From: Ignavibacteriota bacterium
GTDB lineage: Bacteria > Bacteroidota > Ignavibacteria > UBA10030 > UBA6906
Length of the DNA: 64,000 bases
Reading direction: 5' to 3'
Assembly (NCBI GenBank): GCA_016707525.1
Contig: JADJHP010000001.1
Coordinates: 702,103-766,102, forward strand
A program made the translations under genes and the position numbers. The notes beneath the pieces were generated by a model, which saw only the letters and a list, made by a program, of their open reading frames with translations, did no database searches and was not told the origin of the DNA. Of this stretch, positions 18,705-28,229 are shown piece by piece; the first letter of the stretch is position 1, and every line of letters starts with the position of its first letter.

Positions 18705-20408
18705 CGCCCCCGACCGGATCCCGCGCACCTTGACATCGCCGGCCCGCCGCACGATCGTGACCGCCACACCAACGAGCAGAATGATCAATCCGGCCCACAC
18801 AAGATTGATGAGCGGCTTGACACTCGCCTCGGCGACCAGCATCTCACGTGACGCCCCTGACGCTGCCGCCCCGGACTCTTCCAGCCCGAGGGGCGCAAGG
18901 TAAAAGTCCCGGTCTTTCAGGTTCGCAATATCCGGGTTACGCATCACGTTCTGCATGTACTCGCTGTTGAACATGATCGGCGACAACGTGATCGCGTGCC
19001 CTTCCTTCTCGACCCGCACATCGAACCTGAATTTTCCGTCCTCGGTCGGCCGCTGTCCCATATACGTCAGGGTGTAGCCGAGTGCCTGCGTCGGTGTTCC
19101 CAGGGGAAGCGACACCGTCTCGGTCCCGCCGAACCGCGAGGACGACACGAACCCGAGGAACATGACCGCCATACCGATGTGGGCGACCGCCCCGCCGGCC
19201 ATCTTCGGATTCCCCTTCACGATGGTCCAACCGGCCATCAGGTTCACCACGAGCGCGAACGAGGCGCCAAACACGAACAGTATGAGGAGCGGGTCTCGGG
19301 AACCGGCATACAGCATGACGGGCACCGACAGCAATGCGACTCCTGCCGGGATGAGAAGTGTGCGGAGCAGCGCCGACCGGTCCGAGCGTGTCCACCAGAG
19401 GAGCTGCCCGAGTCCCATCAGCAGTCCCAGGAGGATCCCGAGCGGGACGATCGTGGTGGCATAGTACGAGATATCGACGGCACTTTTCTTTCCATACAGC
19501 ACCTCGGTGATGATCGGCGACGAGGTGCCGACGATCACGAACACGGCGATGAAGACGAGGGTCGAGGCTCCCAGGAACAGCGCGAATTCGCGCGAGTAGA
19601 TGCTGTGTTTCGCCGGACGCCGCGGGATCTCCTTCCACCGTCGCACGAAGAGGACGATGGGCGCACCGATGGTGATGATCAGCATGCCGATCAGGAGCCA
19701 GTATGCTGCCATGCCGGGCTCCCCGAAGGAATGCACCGACGTGTCGCCGAGGACACCGCTCCGGGTCAGGAACGTCGAATACACGACCAGGATGAAGCAG
19801 AGCATGCCAAGTTTCAACAGAGCAGCCATTGCATAGGAATACGGCACAGCCATCGATGCAAATCCGCTGAAGAGGACCTGCGGGTGGATCACCATCCAGT
19901 AATTCTGCAGGAGGGGGTTCAGGCCCCGTCCATCGGCCGGAACGAATCCGGGTCCGACCTCGGCGAAGGATTCCCAGACGTACAGGAACGGGTTCTTCAC
20001 GAGCAGCATCACGAGCAGAATGAGTTCGATGCCCATGAACACACTCATCACCTGAGCTTCGTAGCCGACGCGCGAGGAATGGCGGAGGAGAAAGATGCCG
20101 ATCACCGCAGTGAACAGCGCCCAGAGGAGGAAGCTGCCCTCCTGCCCTGCATAGAACGTCGAGATCAGGAGGGGTGTGGAGAGCGCGCGTGAGCTGTAGC
20201 TCCACACGTACGAGTACTGGAATTGATGGGTGAGGATGAGGTACAACAGAGTTGCGGCACTGGCGGCGACCATCACCACCGTGCCGTGGAAGAAGAGACG
20301 TCCGAAGAGGAGTGACCGGTCCGTGGCTTTGAGGTGATGCCGGATGTAGCCGGCGACCGAGAGTAGGGCGAACACGAATGCGACCTTGACGAATATGCCG
20401 CCGAGCAT
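18582..20408 (-). CDS. ccmF: Cytochrome c-type biogenesis protein CcmF, atypical: lacks the WWD/TM-His1 segment. Its 3' end overlaps the convergent DUF2231 ORF.
   Basis: Conserved CcmF blocks FYAGQEGSFLLW, GRGLNPLLQNYWMVIHPQVLF, LTRSGVLGDTSVHSFGEP and GGAVAHIGMAVMFLGF are present. The ~85-90 aa that normally carry WGGxWFWDPVEN and the first TM heme-b His are absent (in-frame). SD AGGAG lies 8 nt upstream. Confidence 0.75.
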   Translation of the reverse strand: MLGGIFVKVAFVFALLSVAGYIRHHLKATDRSLLFGRLFFHGTVVMVAASAATLLYLILTHQFQYSYVWSYSSRALSTPLLISTFYAGQEGSFLLWALFTAVIGIFLLRHSSRVGYEAQVMSVFMGIELILLVMLLVKNPFLYVWESFAEVGPGFVPADGRGLNPLLQNYWMVIHPQVLFSGFASMAVPYSYAMAALLKLGMLCFILVVYSTFLTRSGVLGDTSVHSFGEPGMAAYWLLIGMLIITIGAPIVLFVRRWKEIPRRPAKHSIYSREFALFLGASTLVFIAVFVIVGTSSPIITEVLYGKKSAVDISYYATTIVPLGILLGLLMGLGQLLWWTRSDRSALLRTLLIPAGVALLSVPVMLYAGSRDPLLILFVFGASFALVVNLMAGWTIVKGNPKMAGGAVAHIGMAVMFLGFVSSSRFGGTETVSLPLGTPTQALGYTLTYMGQRPTEDGKFRFDVRVEKEGHAITLSPIMFNSEYMQNVMRNPDIANLKDRDFYLAPLGLEESGAAASGASREMLVAEASVKPLINLVWAGLIILLVGVAVTIVRRAGDVKVRGIRSGALRSGSSDDPDAEFVHESATDVRRDPEQEESRAGEKKEELR

Positions 20409-20489
20409 AGGGACTCCTGCTGATGGAAAGAACGGAACCGCTCACACCGGGAGGCCGTCTGACGACGGCCCTCCCCGCTCACTGCACTG

Positions 20490-20885
20490 TCACGATGCCT
20501 TGCCCGTGACCTCTGCCCCCGTGGCCTCGTACTTCGATGGGCACTTCGTGAGAACCTCCGAGGCGTGGAAGGAGCCGTCGCCGGTGAACTTCCCCTTTGC
20601 GACGACACTCGTTGCCATCTCGAAATTGTTCGGCGCCGCGCCGTCCAGCACCACCTTGCACTCGCGTCCGGCATCATCCACCAGATAGAACGTGAACTGG
20701 CTCGTGGAGGGATTGAACGCGGAGTCCTTCTCCCGGTTCCACGTGCCTTTCAACTGGACCTTCTTGTTCTTCGCCATGGCTCCGGCGATGTCGGTATATT
20801 CCACGTTGCTGTCCATGAACGAATACGCCCCGAACCCGAGGAAGACCAGTACCACGATGGACCCGATGATCATTTTAGCATTCAT
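20490..20885 (-). CDS. ccmE: Heme chaperone CcmE, CxxxY variant.
   Basis: N-terminal TM anchor and OB-fold. C-terminal VLTKCPSKYEA aligns to canonical VLAKHDEKYmP, so Cys (codon 20541..20543) replaces the heme-binding His. Confidence 0.8.
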   Translation of the reverse strand: MNAKMIIGSIVVLVFLGFGAYSFMDSNVEYTDIAGAMAKNKKVQLKGTWNREKDSAFNPSTSQFTFYLVDDAGRECKVVLDGAAPNNFEMATSVVAKGKFTGDGSFHASEVLTKCPSKYEATGAEVTGKAS

Positions 20886-20901
20886 ATGACGCTCCTCCCT
20901 T

Positions 20902-21045
20902 CTACCCGTTGTTCTCAGTGGTACGTTCCAGTTTTTTCAAGCGTCCATCGAGGCGCCAGAGATAGGCGAACAGGCCCAGCCAGATCCCGACCACGATGAT
21001 CATGACGATGTACAGCTGATGTTCGGCAAGGAACTCCACGGTCAT
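20902..21045 (-). CDS. ccmD: Heme exporter protein CcmD (47 aa). Not in the ORF track because it is under 60 aa.
   Basis: MTVEFLAEHQLYIVMIIVVGIWLGLFAYLWRLDGRLKKLERTTENNG: single TM, CcmD-like. Its ATG overlaps the ccmC stop (ATGA). Confidence 0.55.
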   Translation of the reverse strand: MTVEFLAEHQLYIVMIIVVGIWLGLFAYLWRLDGRLKKLERTTENNG

Positions 21046-21740
21046 CCTTTCGACTGATGATGATACTCAAGCAACGCGGCGCGCACGCGCAGCGTGAACA
21101 TCCAGATAAAGAGCAGCGTGAAGGCGAAGAGCGACGTGAAGAACACCATGCGCATGCCCGGCGACATCTTGAACTCGATCACCGGCCCCGCGCCATCGGG
21201 GTCGCCCGCCGCACCGGGATGCAGCCCCGTCATGATGCGCGGCATGATGAACACGAAGAATGGGACCGTCACGGCGGCGATGATCGAATAGACGGCGGAG
21301 AGCGTTGCGCGCTTTTCTTCCACCTCCACTGCCGAACGGAGCGCGAAGTAGGCGCCGTAGATCAGGAGCAGCACGAAGATCGATGTCTCACGGGGATCCC
21401 AGTTCCAGAACGAACCCCAGTTGAACTTCGCCCAGATCATTCCTGTCACCGTCGCCAGGATGCAGAACAGGAGCCCCAGTCCCGCTGCTGCCGAGGACCG
21501 GAGGTCATCCCGGATATCGCGTTTCCGGAGATAGCGGATCCCGTAGAACATCCCGGTGAAGAACGCCATGACGCTCAGCCATGCCGTCGGGACATGGAAG
21601 AAGATGATGCGGGCCTTTTCTTCGAGGCCGGGGATGAAGGGGAACTCCAGCAGTGATGTCGGCGCCGGGACGATGGGGAGTGCAAAAGCGGCAACGATCA
21701 CCAGCGTGAGAAGGATACCGAGAAGAATCCGCCACACCAT
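21042..21740 (-). CDS. ccmC: Heme exporter protein CcmC.
   Basis: WWD domain WGSFWNWDPRETS and flanking conserved His residues; 6 TM. Confidence 0.85.
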   Translation of the reverse strand: MVWRILLGILLTLVIVAAFALPIVPAPTSLLEFPFIPGLEEKARIIFFHVPTAWLSVMAFFTGMFYGIRYLRKRDIRDDLRSSAAAGLGLLFCILATVTGMIWAKFNWGSFWNWDPRETSIFVLLLIYGAYFALRSAVEVEEKRATLSAVYSIIAAVTVPFFVFIMPRIMTGLHPGAAGDPDGAGPVIEFKMSPGMRMVFFTSLFAFTLLFIWMFTLRVRAALLEYHHQSKG

Positions 21741-21742
21741 AC

Positions 21743-22438
21743 TCAGTCTTTCCAGATGTACTCAAAGAGCATATACGACGCAGTCACCACGACGACAATA
21801 TACGAAATCAGGACCTGAAATTCACCCCCGACATCCGTCCATGCGGTCCCCTCGCAGGCCATCCGGGTGGTCCGGATCGCGGTCATCAGGACAGGTAACA
21901 ATATTGGGAACGATAAAACGGGGTAGAGGGTTCCCTTCGTGTTCGCCCGCGCAATGATCGCAGCGATGATCGTCGATGCCGCAGAGAGCCCGATGCTTCC
22001 CAGCGCGATCCCGGCCGCGAACACCCCGTAGGAGGTGACGACGAATCCGGAGATGAACACCGCGTACAGTGCCACGGTCAGAAGCGTCAGGCCGGCACCG
22101 AGCAGCAGATTGAAGAGCAGCTTCCCGAAATAGACGGCACTCGGTGGCGCCTGCAACTGCAGCGTCATCGAGGTCCCACGCTCTTCCTCCATGACGAACG
22201 TCCTCGACAGGCCGGACATCGCCGCGAAGAAGATCACCACCCAGAGCATCCCGGCAAGCACCTCGAGCGACGGGGCCTCACCGGCAAGCGAGAACATGAT
22301 CATCGAGAGGGTGGTGACGACGAACATTCCGAGCGCACTGATCGCGTACCGCGTGCGCAATTCCGAGCGCCAATCCTTGAGAAACACCGCAAGGGTGGAC
22401 CGTAGCCACCGGCCGGCAGAGCGTTCAACGGCGGGCAT
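21743..22438 (-). CDS. ccmB: Heme exporter protein CcmB (ABC permease).
   Basis: CcmB-family 6-TM permease (FLKDWRSELRTRYA...). Start at the internal Met (22438), overlapping the ccmA 3' end; the track ORF's upstream extension is rich in W/R/C and unlikely to be coding. Confidence 0.75.
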   Translation of the reverse strand: MPAVERSAGRWLRSTLAVFLKDWRSELRTRYAISALGMFVVTTLSMIMFSLAGEAPSLEVLAGMLWVVIFFAAMSGLSRTFVMEEERGTSMTLQLQAPPSAVYFGKLLFNLLLGAGLTLLTVALYAVFISGFVVTSYGVFAAGIALGSIGLSAASTIIAAIIARANTKGTLYPVLSFPILLPVLMTAIRTTRMACEGTAWTDVGGEFQVLISYIVVVVTASYMLFEYIWKD

Positions 22439-23054
22439 TGAGATCCACCTCCCTGTCCGGTGCCGCGAGATCCGTCCTGTCGTTGGTTGCCACCACCAGG
22501 ATCCCCTCGCGCAATTGATCCTGCATGATCCCGCGTACGATCGCGATGCCATCGGCGTCCAGGTTCGACATGGGTTCATCCAGCACAAGCACCGGTGGCC
22601 GGTGTATCAGCGCCATGGCATATTTCAACCGCTGCTTCATCCCGGAGGAAAATCCGCGGACAGGGTCCGTGCGCTTCGGGTCGAGAGCGACCTGTTCCAA
22701 CAGCTGCGATGCGCGTCCATCATCCGGCCGGGCTCCCCGGAGGGTCATGCTCATGTGGAGGTTCTCCATTGCCGAGAACTCCTCATACACCTGGAGATAC
22801 GGTGCGACCAGACCGAGGCGGCCCAGCACCGCGAAATGATCGCCGGCATCATCCGCGTGCACGGTGACCCTGCCCGATGTGGGCGTCAGTACGCCGCAGA
22901 GGATCTTGATGAGCGTCGATTTCCCTGCCCCGTTCCGGCCGGCGATCATCAGGGAGTGGCGCGCGTGCACATCGAACGACACGTCCCGGAATATCAGCTT
23001 CCTGTTGAACGAGTGCCGGATATTCTCACCGCTGATGTGTAGCGCCACGCTCAC
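22425..23054 (-). CDS. ccmA: Heme ABC exporter ATP-binding protein CcmA.
   Basis: Walker A GRNGAGKST; ABC signature FSSGMKQRLKYA; Walker B VLVLDEP. Confidence 0.8.
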   Translation of the reverse strand: MSVALHISGENIRHSFNRKLIFRDVSFDVHARHSLMIAGRNGAGKSTLIKILCGVLTPTSGRVTVHADDAGDHFAVLGRLGLVAPYLQVYEEFSAMENLHMSMTLRGARPDDGRASQLLEQVALDPKRTDPVRGFSSGMKQRLKYAMALIHRPPVLVLDEPMSNLDADGIAIVRGIMQDQLREGILVVATNDRTDLAAPDREVDLNARR

Positions 23055-24721
23055 CTCCTCACCAGTGCGATCTTGCCCGTCACCCGCCTGTCCCCGAGGT
23101 CGATCACGTAGATGTAGATGCCGGATGGGACCGCGGATCCATCCGTTCCCTTGCCATCCCAGAAGAACATCTGGCGGTCCAGATACCAGGACGACGAACT
23201 TGTCCCGGACGTGTAGACCGGGTCCAGCCCGCTGGAGAAGACGGATACGCTGCCGGTGACCTGATCCGTGCCATCCACCGGCATGGCCGCACGCGCGTGG
23301 TTCCCCGGCAAGAACGGATTCGGGAAGGCCCGGCCTTCGGCAAATTGCGACGCATCGATGTTCCGTCGGACGGTGTCGCCTACGACGAACCAGCTCGCCC
23401 AGTGCACGGGCGTGGCGACGCCGAGATGTGCGAACAGTCCGATCGGTGTTATGCGGTATCCGTCATTCGGCCGCGTCGACCGGAAATCGAATGCGTAATC
23501 CTTCCCCGCCGCTTGTGCCGTCGCGGCAGCAAGGTCCACGTTCGCCACGATCACGGTCATGGTATCCGGGGACCGCATGAGCTGATAATACCGCGCAGCG
23601 AACGGTGCGAGGCTCCCGGTGATCTCGCGCGAGGGAGGCCTGTACTCCACCGGGATCTCCATCATCAAAGGATAGTCCGCGGCGTCCGGATAGTACTTCG
23701 AGGGCTCGCTGCGTGTCCCGGTGAAATGATTCCACAAACTCCAATCGGCGAAGGCTCCCTGCGCATCATACCCTTTCGTTCTCAGCGCCCTGTCGATCGC
23801 CGCCATCGGCGCCATCGCGCGGATCTGCTCCCAGGTCGTTCGCATCATATCGCGCCCGTACCGTGCGGCGATGTAATGCCCCCAGATGCTCCGGCTATAG
23901 CAGATCAGGTCGTTGGAAGTGAACGCCCTCTCCGGTGTCCGGAAATGCCCCCAGGACGCCTTCAGGTATTCGTAGTAATCGTTGACCTCCGGATACAGCA
24001 CATCCTCCATCCATGTGGATGTGATCTCATAGAAGAACACGTCGTTCTGCCAATACCCGTAGTTGCCGATCTGGAGGGCATGATGCAACTCGTGCGCGAT
24101 CGTGACGTGCAATGCAGGGAGCCCACGGTTCACGGCCGGATGGACGAACGCGTAGTCGTTGTCGATGGTCATGAACGTGGTCGCCGTCCCGCCATCCGGC
24201 GGGGAGCCATCCGGCGTCGTGTATCCGTACATGCTTCCCAGTTCCATGATGAAGACATCGTATTCCGGGCCCCCGTTCAACGTATCGTCGGACGGAAGGA
24301 CGCCATACCCGAGCACCTGTGTCTCGATCGGTGCCACGTACGCCAGGCTCGCGAAGACGGAGTCCACATAGGCGCGTGCAGTTCCGGGCACCGCCGCGCC
24401 GGTGCCATCGAGCAGCGTGGGCGTGTTGAACCCCGTGGTATCGAAATGCACGCGGAACCCGGAACGGACCAGGCTGGTCTGCAGGAGTGGACGCGACAGC
24501 ATCGTGGATGCGGCACCTGCCAGCACGCGTCCTTTCACGCTCAGCGCGTTGGTCACGGCAGAGAGGCCGCATTTAATCGGCTCACCTTCGGGGGGCAACT
24601 GAGCGCTGTTCCCGAGCAATTGCGCGGCGGCATCATGCACCATGCTTCGCTCCTGCGCGTGCGCGGTGAGGGCACACGCGCCGAGGATGCAAAGCGCAGA
24701 CAGGAGCCGGAGTGTGATCAT
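23051..24721 (-). CDS. Secreted HExxH zinc metallopeptidase-like protein with a T9SS C-terminal sorting domain.
   Basis: Signal peptide MITLRLLSALCILGACALTAHA. HELHHALQ...(22 aa)...E fits a HEXXH-X(n)-E zincin pattern. C-terminal ~80 aa (...SGIYIYVIDLGDRRVTGKIALVRR) matches the T9SS CTD consensus. 4-bp overlap with ccmA. Confidence 0.55.
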   Translation of the reverse strand: MITLRLLSALCILGACALTAHAQERSMVHDAAAQLLGNSAQLPPEGEPIKCGLSAVTNALSVKGRVLAGAASTMLSRPLLQTSLVRSGFRVHFDTTGFNTPTLLDGTGAAVPGTARAYVDSVFASLAYVAPIETQVLGYGVLPSDDTLNGGPEYDVFIMELGSMYGYTTPDGSPPDGGTATTFMTIDNDYAFVHPAVNRGLPALHVTIAHELHHALQIGNYGYWQNDVFFYEITSTWMEDVLYPEVNDYYEYLKASWGHFRTPERAFTSNDLICYSRSIWGHYIAARYGRDMMRTTWEQIRAMAPMAAIDRALRTKGYDAQGAFADWSLWNHFTGTRSEPSKYYPDAADYPLMMEIPVEYRPPSREITGSLAPFAARYYQLMRSPDTMTVIVANVDLAAATAQAAGKDYAFDFRSTRPNDGYRITPIGLFAHLGVATPVHWASWFVVGDTVRRNIDASQFAEGRAFPNPFLPGNHARAAMPVDGTDQVTGSVSVFSSGLDPVYTSGTSSSSWYLDRQMFFWDGKGTDGSAVPSGIYIYVIDLGDRRVTGKIALVRR

Positions 24722-26941
24722 TGCGAGAACGCCCCCGCGTGCACGGTGAGGGTATGTTTCCGTGGATGACTGAGGACGACGTCAAGCAGTCCGGTGACCG
24801 GCGAGATCCGAAGCCCAAAGTGCTCCGCCCCGTGCGCCGGCAGGACAAGGACGGGCTCGGAGAAGCGCCTGTGCCCGAGGCCGAACAACGCGTAGACCCC
24901 GTCCCGCGCACCATCCATGTAGACAACGTCGGCCCGGCCGTCTCCGTTCACATCGCGGACAACCATGCCATCCTCATCGATCGGATCGATGCCTTCGACC
25001 ACGATGGGGTCCAGCTGCACGCTTCCCCCCGAATCGCCATACGCAACGTACATCCTGCGCGAGGGTGCGCCGGTGAACATCAAAAGGTCAGGAAGACTGT
25101 CGCCATCAACGGCGCCGCTCCCCAACAGCTTGATGCTCAGGGTCGAGTCAGGCAGAGTGACCAGGCGCTGGATCTTTCGAAAGTCATAATTCGCCTGCGC
25201 CGGCGCCAATGCGACCGACGACGCTCTGGGCGGACGTTCGCGGAACGCCAGAACGACGTCCGGCTTGCCATGTCCCGCGAAGGACCCGGAGGCCATCGAG
25301 GTGATCGTCACAGGCAGGGAAAAGCGGTACGAGCGTTCCACGAACTGCTGGCCGGAGATCTCCTGATACAACAGAAGTGGTGGCTTGCCGGACGTACCGT
25401 TGCCACTTCTGATCCCTATGACGAGCCGCCCTGTGATGCGGTCGGTCTCGGCCATCAGGAACCGGGGTCCCGGCGGTGTAGGAACCATCAGGACGCGGGA
25501 GCGTTCGAAGCGTTCGGCGCGACGGATGACGCCGATCTGATCCGTCGTCGGATCCACCGTCACGATCGTCCACGGACGCGGGAATTCTCCGGGTACGACG
25601 CGGACATCTTCAGGCTCACCCGGCACGGTAAGTGTCCGTTGCCCGAAGAGCCTGCCTGGCGTCGTCCCTTCGAACAGACCGATGCTCGCCGACCCATTGT
25701 TGGCGACGAGGATATCCTCGACACCATCGCCTGTCCAGTCCGTCACGGTCACCGCTGCCGGCCGCACTCCGGTGGCATACTCCGCGGGCCACGCTGCAAG
25801 GCCGGTTTGCTGTGCATTCCCGAGGATGACGATACGACGATCGCGTTCATCAGCAAGGACAATGTCGGTCTTCCGGTCACCGTCCACATCTGCGAGCGTC
25901 CACGACGGGCTTCCGGCGCCGGCGCCGAACAGTGTGAGTGGCCCGAACGTGGTGCTTGTTGTACCCAGTGCCACAGCGAGACCATTCGTCGTACTCACGA
26001 CCATATCCGGAAGCTGGTCTTCGTTGACGAGCGCAAAACTGACGGCACCGGGATGACCGGAGAGCGGGATCGTATCCCGGAGCACGAGTTCCCCTGCCGG
26101 ATTGCCAACGACATGGAGCACGGCATTGTTCGCAGGAAGGGTCACGAGGAAGCGCAGCACCTGTTTTCGTTGCACGGGCATGAATGCGATGCGGCCCGGC
26201 TCACCGGGAAGTGCGAGCGTCACCTGTTCGGAGAACTGATATTGACCGATCCCGAAGTACACCGCAAGCCGGTCCGAGAGCCATTGCACGAGCACGAGGT
26301 CCATGATCCTGTCGCCGTTCAGGTCTGCGGCCACCAGGTCGCCGGCCGACGTCTCCGGAAAGAGCAACGGCCCCTGCTTGAACGAACCGTACCGTCCCCC
26401 CCACGAGGGTGCCCACCCCCGCCATATTCCTGCCGAAATAGAGAATGTCTTTCCTCCCATCGTTGTCGATGTCGGCAACGACGAGGCGTTGTGCACGCTG
26501 GTCGAGACGGAACAGCGTACGTTGCCCCTGTCCTTCTCCGGGCCGCTGTATCTCGATGTGGCTCCCATCTTCGCTGAGGATGACCAGCTCTTCATTGCCA
26601 TCCGCATCGATATCGGCGAGCGACAGAAAGCCGGGCTGGCGAGCAGTGGCATACGAGGCCACCGCCACGCAATGCCCGCCGGAGGTCAGAGAATATTCAT
26701 CCACGCCGGTGCGCCCGTTGTATGCGACCAGGATGGTCGGCAATGGTGCGAGTGCTGAGACATGCACTGCGACAGCGACGGGAACGCCGGGGGTACCGGT
26801 TTCAACGTACGGGCCGAAGGATACGCCGGAGCGCTGCGAATACGCGGCGTACGCCCAGAACAGATGAGCCGCGAACACGCCCATGACGAGGTCACGTGAG
26901 CTACGGATGCGGTGCTGCAATGTGCTGTACGGTGCAACCAT
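24718..26941 (-). CDS. FG-GAP/VCBS-repeat (integrin-alpha-like) secreted protein, split by a frameshift at a C7/G7 homopolymer (~26396..26402).
   Basis: Signal peptide MGVFAAHLFWAYAAYS. Repeated DxDxDGxxD-type motifs (ADIDADGNEELVIL, VADIDNDGRKDILYFG, AADLNGDRIMDLVLV, ADVDGDRKTDIVLA, VNGDGRADVV). The two ORFs 26201..26941 and 24718..26652 are consecutive parts of one protein. Confidence 0.6.
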
Positions 26942-26952
26942 CGGAGAGAGGT

Positions 26953-27429
26953 CTACTCCTGTTCCGTCCGCCGCCGGGCGAGACGGTTCTCCCGGCGGGA
27001 GAGGGCCTGCTCGTAGCGGCGCGTTTCTTCGGGAGTGCCGGGCACGACGGGTGGGACCGGGACCGGATGCCCGGCCTCGTCGATCGCCACGAATGTGAGA
27101 TAGGCGGTGTTCGCATGACGCGTGGGCGCGGAAGCGTTTCCGTGCGCGGTGACGCGGACCCCGATCTCCATGGATGTACGGAAGGCGCGGTTCACGGAAG
27201 CCTCGAGGGTGACGACCTCCCCGAGGCGCACAGAGTAATGGAAGGCAAGTTCATCGACCGAGGCGGTGACGCACACGCGGCCGGCATGACGCTGCGCTGC
27301 AATGGCCGCAACGATGTCGATCCAATGCATGAGCGTGCCGCCAAGAAGGTTCCCGAGCTGGTTCGTATCATTCGGGAGAACCAGCTGGGTGGTGGTCACC
27401 TGTGACGCCGCAACCGGCCGGGGGTCCAT
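26953..27429 (-). CDS. Acyl-CoA thioesterase (hotdog fold, YciA-like).
   Basis: LVLPNDTNQLGNLLGGTLMHWIDIVAAIAA... matches the acyl-CoA hydrolase family. Confidence 0.75.
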   Translation of the reverse strand: MDPRPVAASQVTTTQLVLPNDTNQLGNLLGGTLMHWIDIVAAIAAQRHAGRVCVTASVDELAFHYSVRLGEVVTLEASVNRAFRTSMEIGVRVTAHGNASAPTRHANTAYLTFVAIDEAGHPVPVPPVVPGTPEETRRYEQALSRRENRLARRRTEQE

Positions 27430-28229
27430 CAGAGCGTTCCTCCCTTGCCTCCCGAGGCGGAAGCAGGTTGACGGGACAGCAATTCTTCGTCGATGTCCTT
27501 CTTCAGGGATTCCATGCGTCCGCGCAGAACCGAATTGGGATATCGTTCCAGGAAACGCTTTGCTTCGGTGGCGGCATCGGTGTAGCGCTTTCTGCTCATC
27601 AGCAGCTCCACCTTGTCGATCGACGAGAGCGGGGCGTATTCCGTGTCGTGGTACTTCTCGATCACGTCATCGTAGTAATACAATGCCGCCCGGTAGTACT
27701 CCATCGTACGATAGAGCTTCGCGGTCTCATACTGCTTCTTTGCCAGCCGGACGGTGAGGTCCTTGATCTTCCCTTCTGCATCCACCGCCTTCTCATGCGA
27801 CGGATAGTACTCAACGAAGCTCTGCAGTTCGTCGAGGGCACGACGCGTGTACTGCTGGTCCAACGATGAGCGTGGGGACAACGAGTAATAACACACGCCC
27901 AGCTTATACTGCGCATCGGCCACCCGCGGGCTTGCCGGATAGTTGCGCTTCACGACCGAATATTCGAATGCCGCGAGCAGGTATTCCTCCCGCGCAAAGC
28001 GGCACTCGCCGAGATAGAACTGCGCATCGGCGGCGAAAGCGCTCCCCTGGTACTGGAGGGTGATCACCGTGAACTCATTGACCGCGTCGAGGTGGCTTCC
28101 CTTCTCAAAGAGCTCCTTCGCGTGGGCGAACCGGTCTTCCACCGACATCACCCTGGTCACCTCACCGCCGCCACACCCGGCGAGTACAAGCGCTGCAGCA
28201 CAGGCTACGATCCAACTCCGGACTACCAT
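27429..28229 (-). CDS. bamD: Outer membrane protein assembly factor BamD (TPR lipoprotein).
   Basis: Lipobox LAGCGG and TPR-like repeats (AQFYLGECRF..., AQYKLGVCYY...). Confidence 0.7.
   Translation of the reverse strand: MVVRSWIVACAAALVLAGCGGGEVTRVMSVEDRFAHAKELFEKGSHLDAVNEFTVITLQYQGSAFAADAQFYLGECRFAREEYLLAAFEYSVVKRNYPASPRVADAQYKLGVCYYSLSPRSSLDQQYTRRALDELQSFVEYYPSHEKAVDAEGKIKDLTVRLAKKQYETAKLYRTMEYYRAALYYYDDVIEKYHDTEYAPLSSIDKVELLMSRKRYTDAATEAKRFLERYPNSVLRGRMESLKKDIDEELLSRQPASASGGKGGTL

Noticed and set aside
18937-20445. 502-aa minus-strand ORF and 398-aa plus-strand ORF (18996..20192) overlapping ccmF
   Set aside because: Alternative-frame and antisense shadows of ccmF; Arg/Pro/His-rich low-complexity translations.
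20409-20489. Stem-loop (gggaggccgtc...gacggccctccc) between ccmE and ccmF
   Set aside because: Imperfect, no U-tract, and immediately followed by the ccmF SD. More likely mRNA secondary structure within the operon than a terminator.
23297-26577. 490-aa and 618-aa plus-strand ORFs opposite the metalloprotease and FG-GAP genes
   Set aside because: Antisense shadows; the translations are dominated by R/H/G/D with no motifs.
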